Part shown: in pieces, positions 42,641 through 57,949 of the stretch
How the letters are laid out: the number at the start of each line of letters is the position of its first letter
Numbering within the stretch: position 1 is the stretch's first letter
From: the human T2T-CHM13v2.0 reference genome, Homo sapiens
Length of the DNA: 64,000 nucleotides
Strand: one strand, 5' to 3'
Assembly (NCBI RefSeq): GCF_009914755.1
Contig: NC_060939.1
Program-made: the position numbers and the translations under genes
The notes under the pieces: model-generated
What the model was told of the DNA's origin: nothing
What the model saw: the letters and a program-made list of their open reading frames with translations, nothing else
Database searches by the model: none

Positions 42641-44489
42641 TAACCAAGGAGAAAAATGTATTTTTTGAAAAAACCCCAGGAATTGCTTCTGTGACTAGCT
42701 AGGTAATTAACAAAATGGAGGGAATGTTTTCCTGGAAAAAAAATTAAGTAATTTATGATGAAGTTCTTGGTATAGAATAACTCACACTTTCAAAAAAACC
42801 TAACATGCAAGAAAGCAGCCTGGACACAGACAGAAGCGCTATCTGTGAGGTGTGAAATTTCACACATGCCAAAGCCTGCACAGGTCCCACAGTGTATTTC
42901 CTTTAATGACACATGGGAACTTGTAAGTTCTCTGGCTGCAACTAAGACAGATTCTAATGGGCGGCAGGAGTGCTAAGCTGTGCCTTTCTGGTTCTACCCC
43001 ACACTTCTCTACCCCACAACAAGGAACAAGTTGATTAACCTCTTTGAGCTCCTCAAGTCCCTCTCTGATATGGAAATCCACTAACATCAATAGGGCGCCT
43101 AAGGGCAAAAGTGGAAGAAAATAAACACTACAAATAAGATGGCTTTAGATAGAAGCCCAGGCCAGTGCAACAGGGACATTACACAGCTGTCTCCAACTGA
43201 ACTGCCAACACCCTTGGCTGAGAGTCTGCCCAGGGTCTCGTTTCATACTCCTCTCATTGTAACACTGCTGTAGGTACCCAGGGAACAGCTGAGCTTTCTG
43301 CAGGCAAACAGAGCTGCCTGGGGCCCACCACTGCTCCTCTGATAAGACAGGCCTCTATTGTAGGAACTAATTACCACAATGCCATAAAGCTATCTGCCCT
43401 GGGCCGTGCATCAGAAGTGGTGACAGGCTCATAAAACCTGACTTCCCTGTGGATACCAAATGCCAGCCCTAAGGGAATATATGGTCAGTATTCAGGCCTT
43501 TCCGAGTTTGCAAATAAGCCAGATCCTAAAATCTTGTTTGTAAAGCATCATGAGGAACCTGAAGTACCAGAGAAACCATGTTCTAAATGTAGAACAGACA
43601 TGGCACATAGTAGATGCTCAATAAATATTTGATGACCAGTGATGGCCAAGTGGAGGCCAAGGTCCAGTTCTAGCCCTTAGAAGCATTTGAACAAAATGTA
43701 GCTGCAAGCTGCATATTTTTCAATATAGGAAACAATTTTGTTTAATACCAGCAGCTAAAAGACGACTATCCACAGGATTAAATAATTGAATAATTAGTCT
43801 TAACTATATTTATCTAAATCTGTTTATGGAGAAGAAAGCAGATTTAACTAGAGGAAGATAAGAATGTAGACTGTAGGAAAGACTAAGGCAGAATCTAGGC
43901 AGTTTCAAGGAGTTTAAAGATGAGTGACACTACGTTATTATTTTACTTTTCATGTCCTTTATATAAACAGCACTTCCTTTTGGCTGGCAGCCAAGTTGGG
44001 CGTCATTTTACAATGATTACAAGGGAAAAGAGGAGAAATGATAACGAAGCCGTGTTAATCCATGCTGAAACAGTATGGAGTCACATGGTCCCCCTGTCAA
44101 CACACCCAGGGAAGAGCCCAGCCAGGACCACCACACAAATCTAAGATTTAAGACCTGGTTGGGCCACTCACCAGCTCTGTGACTTGGGACCAGAAACATT
44201 CTCCCTGGAGCTTTAATCACCGAAGCATAAGAGTACTCATTCCATGAAGCCATTGGGAGGGTTAAATAAGATCATGCATTTAAGCACTCTTACACTGGCG
44301 CATAATACATGCTAGTTATGGTTATTATTAGAAATGTGTTCTAACCTTTTCCTCTAAGTTTCAGGAGGGTGGGACCCACGTGTTCATCTCATTTACTACT
44401 GTATACCCAACAGTAGTAAACCTGGCATGTGGCAGGGATTTAACAAATATTTGTAGGGGACAATCTGCTTGTTCTCATTTTTTTCCTCT

Positions 44490-45770
44490 GGTCAGTGACA
44501 AAGTGTTTTTCTGCATCTATCTCTGTCATTTTTTGGTCAAGTGGTTTATAATTATAGACATCATGACCCTTCATCCTTAAATATTTCACTGTGTCTCTAA
44601 AAAATAAGGACATTTTCTTTATAATGATATCATATCCAAAATTAATAATTTGTAAATATATAACACCTACACGGTACTCAAAGTTCTTCAATAATTCCCC
44701 AAAATATCCTATTACAGCTCATTTTCTTATGCCAGCTTTATTCCTTGACTGAATAAAGGATCAAAACTACATTCGGTGATTAGGTCTTTTAAGTCTCTTT
44801 TGATCTAAAAATAGCACCTCCACTCCTTTTTGCTTTCTATGACATTGACTTATTGAAGATACAGCTGTCCCTCAGTATCCATGGGTGATCAGTTCCAGGA
44901 TGCCTGAGGATACCAAAATCTGAGGATGCTCAAGTCCCTTATATCAAATAGTGTAGTATTTGCATGTACCCTACACATATCCTCCCATATATGTACTTCA
45001 AATCATTTCCAGGTTACTTATAGTACTTAATACAATGTAAATGCTGTATAAATAGTTATTGTATTGCTTTTTAATTTGCATTATTGTTTTTATTTTTAGT
45101 ATTTCTGATGCAGAGTTGGTGGAATCCACAGATACAGAAAACTGACCGTACTGTAGAATGTCCCACTTTTTTGATTTGCCTGATTGATTTACCACTGAGG
45201 TGATGCCTAACAAATTCCTGTCTCCCCTGTATTTCCCATGAGATGGAAATTAATTCTACAGTCTTGATGTGATTCAGGTAAAACCTTGTTATCCAGAAAA
45301 CCTCATAGATGATGCTATGTACTTTAGCACTGTATCACACAAGGAGGGATGTCATGTCAAGTTGGCCTATTATCAGTGACACTGGGCTTGATCACTGGAT
45401 TAAAATGGTGATGGCTTGCCTGATCCCTTTATTGCAAAGTTAAGGGTTTTCTCCTCTTGGAACTAGCAGATAAACTGGGGCGGTAGTTGATGCCCTGTAA
45501 ATATGTAGCTCACCATTAACCTCTCACCAGCTGATCTTACAACCACTGAAGGTCTTTGCCTGAATCAATCATCCCATAGGGGTTGCAGAATGGTGATTTT
45601 CCAATCCCATCATTCCTTCTTCACTTATTAGCGTGCACTCTTCTGTAAAAGAGCTTTCCTTCATCAACTGGGCTATTTAGTTACCCTGAAATATATAGCT
45701 CCTAGGGAAAAGACAGGTTATGTACTCGTAACTCTTTCCCCTGCATAACCCATTTTTAAAATAAGTTATT
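44490..45770 (-). mobile_element. L1MC/ME-type 3' fragment
   Basis: agacatcatgacccttcatcc...aataaggacattttc; tttccaatcccatcattccttc. Confidence 0.6.
44862..45153. mobile_element. MER2 (Tigger-family) DNA transposon
   Basis: cagctgtccctcagtatccatggg ... gtactg, flanked by a TA target duplication. Confidence 0.85.
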
Positions 45771-47174
45771 GGTAAATAGCATATTTTAAATCCTGGGGTA
45801 AAAAGGTTTTTCTCTCTCCTCTGGCTCCAATAATTGTTTTAGCATGAGCCTGGGAAAGGGTTTGGGGCCAGAAGTGTGAGATTACTTCCCATTCTGCTTA
45901 GTGGGAAGAAATCACACCTCCCATTTTACCCCCTCTATGACTCAGATTCCTTCTCCAGTTAGCTGATCCTAAGTCCTAAGATTAAAAGTTACAGTTTCTC
46001 AGCAGATCCTGGTTATATGATTTATAAATTTGGTGCTAATCTTTCCTCTGTCATTGGAGGTATCTCATAACATGATTTTTCCAATGCTTCCCTAGGAAGA
46101 GTATTTATTCCACAAACTGATGGAATTCAGTGGCATGTATTTCTCTCTGACTGCAAATTTTATTTTAAGCGTTCCAGTGAGAACTCTTAATTCTGAAACC
46201 TCAAATCAGAGTAAATAACTCCCCTCCTTCTCACTGACTACACCATTTACACGTGGCTGGGCCCACTGCTAGCATAAAACCTCAACTCTCTGCCCAGCCG
46301 AGCAGCATACACTGCTCTGAGCTCTTTAATATGTCCTCATAAATCCAGCTCCTCTCACTGCCCTCGGATTCCCTGTACCTCTACATTTCCTCCCCAATAA
46401 CTGAGCTCAGCACGGCTGCAATGTGGTGCTCCCTTCCTGAAATCAGATGCAGAGTATTCTACCCTCTCTTTGACCCCTTTGCCTCCATGCTGCAACATAA
46501 GCTCCCATCTAATTGCTGCTCTGCCTCTCTCAGCAGAACCTGACCTCTTTCTGGGTCCCTCTCTTAAAGCAACTGTCTGTGTTTTTCATTATGTTTGCCA
46601 AGACATATTATCTTGAACTTTTCCCAGATGAAGCTCGTTTTTTTACTTTTTCTTCAGACCCCTGAGGTGGCAGGTTCAAGAATGCAGTCTTCAGAGGGAA
46701 GCTTTTGGTCTAGGAGGCTTCAGCCAGGACAGTTCAGTTAATCATACTCTCCCTCCGGGTACTGCCCCTTTAAGAAGTGGACAGACTCTGGTTCCAACTC
46801 CAAACCTCAGTTAGAAGTTCAAGCCACAAGACGAACACACATGTCCTGCCCAGAAAGCTGCCCAGCCTTGCTGTTGACTTTCTCCTGACAGCTTGTCATC
46901 CACATACCCATCCCACGCAAACGCAAACATATCCTTTTAAACATCGAAGTCTCAAAGCCTCCCCCATGAAAAGGAAGTTGAAAGTCAAGTTCCGGGCACC
47001 CTCGGCTTCTGTAGTTTGACCAGTAACCTGGTAAGAAGGGGCACCTCCTTTGACAACCCGAGTGTGCCCAACAATGCCAATGAGAATTCTTTAATGATCA
47101 CTCGGAAGATGTCATCTCTGTGTCTCAGCGAATCCTTCTCTTAAAAAGAAAAGCACTCATGAGACTGGAAGAAG

Positions 47175-47300
47175 AGGGGGAAAACTCAGAGTGATAAGAA
47201 TGCTAATCAGAACGAAGGGAATTTTCCAGCTTTTAGCTTTCCTAGCAAAAAAAAAAAAAGGCATCTATAAAAAAGTGTTGGAAGGCTTTTCTTGCAGCCT
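47175..47300 (+). promoter_or_regulatory. Candidate NF-kB + TATA promoter
   Basis: TGATAAG 47192-47198; GGGAATTTTCC 47217-47227; TATAAAAA 47266-47273; CA at 47295-47296, 30 nt after the TATA. Confidence 0.45.
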
Positions 47301-47404
47301 GGGGCCTTTGCCAGGGAACAGATTTCTCTCCCTCAACTCAGTTTCTTCCAGACCTTTTTCCTGTGCATTCTTTTTTCTTTCTTCTTCTTTCTCTTCTCTC
47401 TTAG

Positions 47405-47483
47405 CGGAGCCTCCTCCGGCTGAGAAGTAATCTGTGGGGAGCCCGAGGGGTCTGTACTGTTCAGGCCCTGGAAAGAGATGAAG
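47405..47483 (+). ncRNA. Candidate exon (79 nt if internal)
   Basis: ~35-nt pyrimidine tract ending ttag at 47404; donor AAG|GTAACT at 47483/47484. Confidence 0.4.
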
Positions 47484-48162
47484 GTAACTGCCTGCTGATA
47501 GGGGCACTGCACCATTTGGGATTGCAGTAGGGAGACCCCACTCCTCAACTGGAGGGATTCATAGAGGTCACACCCAGGGCTTCCTTGCTGCTTTTTCTGT
47601 CACCTCCCATGCTGTTTTCTTCCCTTCGGTGTAAGCCAGCCCTCTCTTTTTGTGGTAAGATGACTATGGGAGTCCCAGGCTGGAGGCTGACTCTTTGCAC
47701 CCACTTCCCACACTTGTTTCTGACAAGTCTGATCTGTGTAGCTCAGCACATCCAAGGACAGCCTTCCCCTTGGCTTCGTTGTCCAGATGCATGACCCCAA
47801 TGGCTTTGTAAATGAAATGGTATAATCTCAAGAGGCTAGCCTGCTGTAGAGAGAGGAATAAATAAATCAATATGTAAATAAATCCACAAGAGCAGAGGGG
47901 ATGTACCGGGACTTTGCAAAACTATGATGAAGCATTTTAGAAGATGGATATTGCTGTATTTCTGGTGAGCTCTGATTGAAAGGCTATGATTCCAGCCATG
48001 GGCTGTAGGAGAGGGAAAGTGAGCTGTGACGGAAATTCCCTCATGGATTGATTTGACTTAAATATATTCCAGGAGCTGATCTAATTGCTGGTTCAGTCTT
48101 AGGCTTTGATTTTCCTTCTCACAATTCCCTGCATTTCAAATAGTTTCTATTAAGGGGCCTGA

Positions 48163-48639
<477 letters not shown>

Positions 48640-48949
48640 TAGTTAGTTATTCTTATTTTGAATCAGAAGTGCTGGTGGCAGCCTCTTACTGTTCAGACTC
48701 TGAGACATATTGGTTTGGGGGTACAGTCCAGGAAAAGGTGGGAGGAGAACTTCCAATCAGGTGAGTCTTATGCATGGAAGGCCCCAGACACTGACCCCTG
48801 GAGTCTGACCCCTTGATCTTCTCATCAGTTCACAGCCCTCTACTCCACCCCTGCTGCCAGTCTCCTCTGCCTGACCGCCTGCCTTACAATCCGATTTATA
48901 TTCTCTTTCTCTCTCTCTCTCTCCACACACTTCCTCCTCCTCTTCTTCT

Positions 48950-50030
<1,081 letters not shown>

Positions 50031-51977
50031 TCACTTATCCCTGGGAAATCTTAGGCCACACAGCCAGAATATGAAAGTGCTTTGTGGCCAGTGTCCCTCA
50101 GACCTCAAGGTAGATTCTACAGGAGGAAACGGAGTTACCCCTCAACCTTCCCTGGGCCCTCTGTGTTCACTTCTTCAAAGATATTTTAAAATCCATTTGC
50201 CAGCCAAGATATTGGCCCTGCTTCAATGCAATATAGGTTTTGCATTTACCAATGGGAAAATCTAGATAAATTTGAGTAACTCAGAAAACATTTCCATTCA
50301 GTTGTTTTAGAAGCCACCCATGCAGAGTCCAGAGCTGCACCTCACACCGGTGTAGTGTGGCCTATCTACATGATGCTTAAGCCATGTAGGTAGGAACCCA
50401 CACTTCCAGGGCTGTCCTACTGGTTGCATGATAAAGAAGATCTATCCTCCGTTTTGAAGGTACTCAGTCTTGATCCTGAGGAGGAAGAAAGCAGAGAATC
50501 CTCCATGCAGAGAGGTCTTCACCAGCTAAGGACAGCAGTGAGGCCAGAGCCCAGCTGCTCACCTTGTGCCACCATCCTTGCCCACTGACCATGATGGCTC
50601 TAGTTGCAGCACCACTACTGCTCACACCTGCCCTGGAACAACAGTCCTGCTACCCAGGATTCCTTGCAACTGTAGAGAATTGTAGGCTGCAGCTGGGTGA
50701 TTTCACAACTTGCTTGCCCACGCCTGATGGGGGACACAGAGGTGAGTCTTCTCACACAAGCTGTCAGTAGTCTACTCAAGAGTTGTCAGGAATGAGGGAG
50801 ACCCACTCAAGCAGATAATATCAAGCAGCGAGGGCTCTGGGACAGGGACAGACCAGCCACTTGCATCTGACGAGTGAGCCACAGTAAACTGACCAGTACT
50901 GCAGCCACACACTCAAAAGCATCACTGGCTATTGGCTGCATCTGCTATCCAGCCCAAGCTGGGACTAGGGTTGCCTCACTAGGTGTATGAGGAGAAGCAG
51001 TGGCAGGAGTATAGTAGCTTCTTTATTTTTCCACCCAAGCAGGCAACTGCAGAGAGAATGCAAGGAGGGGTATAGAGATGGGCACAACCCCCCTTTGAAT
51101 GCCATCATGAAACATGGCGCTTGGGGACCCAGTCAGGTGGGCCTTGTGTCCACCTATAAGAAACATAGGGAAAGGAATTAACCAGCTGTACTAGAGCCTT
51201 TTACCTACCACCTAAATTTCCTCTCTGAGCCAGAGAGTGTTTCTGGCTTCTCACCAAAATGCAAGGAGATTTTGGTTAAAATCCATCCCATTCCAAATTT
51301 GTGAGACAGACTCTGGTTCCATAGGCCCAATACACCACCTGCTTCAAATGGTCGTAGTCCAGGTGGTTGTATCTGCCAAGCACCCACAACAGCAGCAGGG
51401 TAATGGGGAGTGCTGGTGGAACCTTTCACCTATAGGATGCTTGGAGTCTTACCTGTGGAGTTTAAGGCGGGTGGCAAGGGTTGGAGGGGAGGCATACATG
51501 AGAGCTTGGTATTGTTGCTCACCTTATGTTCATGTTTTTATTTCCTGCTGATAATTAGATGTAGCTGGCATGAGTCCCATAGCTCTGCCAGCTTCACTTC
51601 AGTGTCTTGGTATCAATGGGCCATGCAAATACCCTCATAGCCCACCTGGATAGGAACCACGCAAATTTGCAACCTTTGAGCCATATTGGAACAGAACTTG
51701 TCAAGTATAAGGCTGATTTCCAGAGGCTCATACCCAGGTTTGCAGGAGTTCAAAGGCATATCAATTCCTTGCCATTTCCCGGGGACTTTCTTTACAGTGA
51801 GCAGCTCAGGATGAACCAGGCCTGTCAGGAGCCAACATGGTGATGATGCAGGGCTGCCATTTGCTTCTACCTGACACTAGCATTTGGATCAGCTCAGATC
51901 ATTCCTAGGACATACAAAAGTGGCCCTGGTGGGCACACAGCCTCCATTCATATCAGGAATTAGTAGAAGACAGTAAG

Positions 51978-52384
51978 TGCAGTGATTATTAGTGCTATTC
52001 ACTAAATATTCTCGGTTCTCCAGGCTCATGGTAAAATTGCCTTTCCTGATCCCATTGGGTTTGGGTGGAGCCATCTGCTAGCTTTGCCAACGAATTGTGA
52101 GTAGAAGTGACAGAAGTTATTTCTATGCCCAAGTATTTAATTGCTGGGCAAGACACTCCTCTGCTGACCATGATCTCTCTCTGTCCCTTTGACATGACAA
52201 CTGGTAATGTTTGAAATGGCTGCTACTCTGTCAACCTGGGTCTCAGAGTAAGGAGCACAGAGGTGAGCCCTTCTGACCCCCACTGGATGAGTAGCATTAC
52301 CAAATAAACCTAGTTTGCTATAAGCGGCCAAGATTTGAGGATCATTTTTATCACAATATAAGCTAGCCTATACTGACTGGTTCA
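51978..52384 (+). mobile_element. MaLR LTR (MLT1I/J-like) nested in the Gypsy remnant
   Basis: tgcagtgattattagtgctattcac...tgtgagtagaagtgaca...gcctatactgactggttca. Confidence 0.75.
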
Positions 52385-52641
52385 ACTGATCAGACATGCT
52401 TGGGACAAAGCAGCTGTTTAGGATGACCTTGAAACTATACAGCCTTCTTGAAGTTCCAGGGTCTGATGTAAGCTCCTGTATGATCTCTTGGATCTGGAGC
52501 AATTATCCACTTTAATGACACATCCATCGACTCCCTGGCCTGGCTTCCTCCAGATATTTCTGAGGCCTCGCACCCCTCATGATGCCCTTCATACTCTTAG
52601 AGCATGAGCCAAGGTCAATGATAGGTCTAGGAAGCCCAAGG

Positions 52642-53099
52642 TATGGTAGACAAAATAATGTCCTACTTCCCACCAAAGATGTCCATGTCCTAATCCCCAG
52701 GATCTGTGAATGTGTTACCATATGTGGCAAAAGGTCTTTACAGATGTGATTAAGACTCTTAAGATGGGGCGATTATCCTGGATTTGGGTGAAAGAGGGAA
52801 GCAGGCATGCCAGAGTCAGAGAAAAGAGTTGAAAAATGCTATGCTGCTGGCTTTGAAGATGGAGAAAAGGTACTATGTGCCAAGGAATGCAGGTGGCTTC
52901 TAGAAACTGGAAAAGCCAAGGAAACAGATTCTCCCTTAGGGCCCTCAAAAGGAATGCAGCCCTGCCAACGCCTTGGTTTTAGCCCAGTGAGACCCATTTC
53001 AGACGTCTCACCTCCAGAATTGTAAGATAATAGATCTGTGTTTTTTTAAGCCATTAAATTTGTCATAAATTGTTACAGCAGCAATAGGAAACTGATACA
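52642..53099 (+). mobile_element. MaLR solo LTR (MLT1D-like) nested in the Gypsy remnant
   Basis: tatggtagacaaaataatg...gcagcaataggaaactgataca; TSD caagg / caaga. Confidence 0.9.
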
Positions 53100-53952
53100 C
53101 AAGAGAAAACCTGCTCCTGTTACTGAATACTTTCAGGAGACCGTTGTGACCATCAACCAAACTTTCCAGAGCACAACATGCACTTATTGGAGCCCCCTGA
53201 AACCCTCAACAACTGCACCCTGACAATGTGGCCTATTAATAGACCCCAATTCCTGCAGTGAGTATGATAGAGATTCTTCTTTATCCACCATGTTTGAACC
53301 TTCTGTCCATTGCTCATCACTCTCAAATCATTGGAGTTCTTGAACCAATGTACTGTGTGTCTTCCTTATTGACTATTCGATTTCAACCATGTAGTAGACA
53401 CCAGTAAATATTAGGTAAATATGAATGAGTGAATAAATGCCATGAGGAATTATCTGATAACGTATGTAGCTCTGGATGATCTGTTGAAAATCTCCAGCAA
53501 GAAACACACCAATCTGAGTTATACACAGCAAAAAATTAAAACAAAATAGCAAGCGGATACAAAAAAAGGATTTAGTGCTTTGCCCACTCGCAGTTTCGTC
53601 AGGTGCAAACACAATCTGTATGATTCTCCTTAGTTGGCTGATTCTTTTGATTCCTTCTGCCGTGCCTGTTGTCTTTGTGTGTGTGCTTGCAGAGGGGGGT
53701 TTCTGACAGTGCAACAGATCTGTCCTCCCCTGGGCACCTGCTTCCTCCAGCTTATTCAAATTTCACTCATTTGTTAGAAAAGTAGCATGATTTTGTAAGC
53801 AAGGATGTTCAGTGGGACGAGAATGAAGCATACAAACTCATATCTTTGTGACTCAAATATAGTTTGATTCATTCATATTTATTCCAACTCTGCCACTGAA
53901 TAATAATTATGAAAAGAGTTACAGTTTGTGCTGCCGTTAAACAGTATTTTGG

Positions 53953-54272
<320 letters not shown>

Positions 54273-54489
54273 TTAACAAAAATAAGCATATCTCACTTAA
54301 CGTCAATAATCTGTTCCTGAAAAACAGAAGTTCTACTCTTAAACACTGATCATTATTTTAAGGGGGAATAATGCATTTCGTGATGACCCAAAACTCTAAG
54401 ATAATTTCCCAAAACATAATTGAAACATGGCAAAACGCCTATATACGTAACAACTATCAGCTTCGTATGTGAAATGCTTAAAGCACTCT

Positions 54490-55790
<1,301 letters not shown>

Positions 55791-57092
55791 AAACCAACAA
55801 AACCCAGTTGCTTTGGTGTCGTAGCATGTGCAGCTCCATGACCCTTGAGGAGGCTCAGCACGCTTTTCAAAACATCCACGTGTGATTCCGACATTCTAGC
55901 ATTTGTATTTAGAAAGGAAGTGAAGACTTTTCTGCATGTTGTTTTGTTAAAATGTTGAACTGAGGTTTGAGTATGTAAATATTATTTTTTCCTGTGTAAA
56001 CACATCAGCCAAAAATATATTGACAAATACATATGTTCAATAAAGCTCGGTTATTAAAATCCAGAGGGATTCTACTGGGAAAAAACAAACCAAAGAGACA
56101 TTCAGCAGGGTATGCCAGTATCATGATACTGCTGAACTCTTTTTATATCCTGGCTGACAGCCTATACCATCACTGTTAAACTGATATGTATACAACAAGT
56201 CCTATTGAATAAAAATTCATCTGTATTTAGCATATCTTTTTTCAGTCACCATCAGTTAAGCAAAAATAGAGAAATCCAAAGGAGCTAAATAGTTTAAAAA
56301 ATAAAGATGATTTATTAATATTAATATATTGATTTCTATATCCAGTACCTAGAGAGTGTATTCTTTTCATGTCCATGGACTATTTACAAAAATGATATTT
56401 TAGTCTATGAGATATTCTAAAATGTACAAATAGAATAAACTACATTCTCTGATTATAATTCAGTGCTACTATAAATACATAATGAGAGGATAACCAAAAA
56501 CTTTTAACCACTTGGAATTAAAAACTGCAATTACAGAATGTTCAGTGAATTTTAATATTGTGAATACTACATGTTGAGAATTATAAGATGTAGCCAAAGC
56601 TGTACTTGGAAGGAAGTGTATAGACTTAAACGCCTCAATTATTAAATAAGAAAAGATGAAAATAAGCTATGAATTGAGTAATCAATTGAATATGTCTGGC
56701 ATGTATTAAGCAATCAATAAACATTTAGTGAGTAAAGCAATTAGAGAAAAGCAATAAAACAAATTTAAGGAAAACAAGATAAAGAAAAATATTTTAAAAT
56801 GTTGCTAAATTTGAAAACAGAAAAATTAAGACAGCTGAATAGGAAGCAGGGGCAATAAAATAGATTATCTACTAAGTAGTCAATTCAAGAAGAAAGAGCA
56901 TAACTATATAAAATTTAGAAAAGAAAGGAGATGCAGCTACACACACAAATTTTAAAGAATTACAAATTAATACTTTATATTATGCTATATACATTGGATA
57001 ATCTAAATGAAGTGAGGGCTTTTCTAAGAAAATATAAATTACTAAAAGTGTACAAAAAGTATAAAGCCAGGAGACATTATTTAAGCAAAGAT

Positions 57093-57385
57093 TGTGGCTC
57101 ACACCTGTAATCCCAACATTCTGGGAGACCCAAGCAGGAGAACTACTTGAGCCCAGGAGTCTGAGACCAGCTGAGCAACATAGTGAGACCTCATCTCTAC
57201 AAATAATGAAAAAAAAAAAAAATTAGCCGAGCATGGTAGCACGTGCCTGTGGTCCCAGCTACTCAAGAGGCTGAGGTGGGAGGATCGCTTGAGCCTGGTG
57301 TTCAAGGCTGCAGTGATCTGTGATGGTGCCACTGCACTCCAGCCTGGGCAATAGAGCGAGATACCATCTAAAAAATAAAAAAATT
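57093..57385 (+). mobile_element. AluJ within an ancient L1 ORF2 remnant (~56300-57900), followed by a MIR (~57400-57620)
   Basis: gtggctcacacctgtaatccc...ggaggatcgcttgagcc. Confidence 0.9.
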
Positions 57386-57949
57386 TAAAGTATGGATTTT
57401 TGAGCCAGATACTCCTCATTTAGTTCAGGTATGAGCTGTTCCTCTTGGTAACTGTGTAACCTTATCTAACTAATTAACTTCTCTCAACCTCATTTACAGG
57501 TAAGTTTCCTTACCTGTAAAATGGCACACACACAGAAAAAAACTACCTCATAGGAATATTGTGGGGATTTAAATAGGTTATATGTAAACAACATATCTGA
57601 CGCACTAGTGTGAATATTAAAATCTTTAAAGACCATGGAAGCAATAAGGCGTGTGATCAAAGCGCTATCCCTCATCAGAACATGGGAAGCAAATAATTTT
57701 GCTGCTTTCATTGCTGTTTAAGCTTCTTTCGAACCTAGAAAAAGAAAAAAGGCATCTCATTTCTTTTTGGAAAACTAGCACATTCCTGACAGCAAAACTC
57801 CACAAAGATAGTACAAGAAAGAAAAGTACAGACTAACCCTCTTAGAAATACAGACATAAACTTTCCAGATAAAATATTAGTACTCAACCTTATTGGTATT
57901 TACATAGGTATCAAATTAATATTGCTTTATTATGTTTCTGATTATGTAG

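Larger units (their letters stand above)
51087..53250 (-). mobile_element. Decayed Ty3/Gypsy pol remnant (RNase H - integrase - PPT)
   Basis: Manual minus-strand translation gives, in Gypsy order: SGKF/VDGHNGLLKVFSNRS, WLML*EYE, IQELTSDP, AHQGH...WQPC, NSTGKTPSIL, LRPFEAGGVLGLWN; PPT AAAGGGGGGT followed by TG at 51086. Confidence 0.6.

Noticed and set aside
53373-53759. 128-aa minus-strand ORF next to the Gypsy remnant
   Set aside because: Non-ATG start, no gag/protease/RT motif, and its end runs into L2-like sequence
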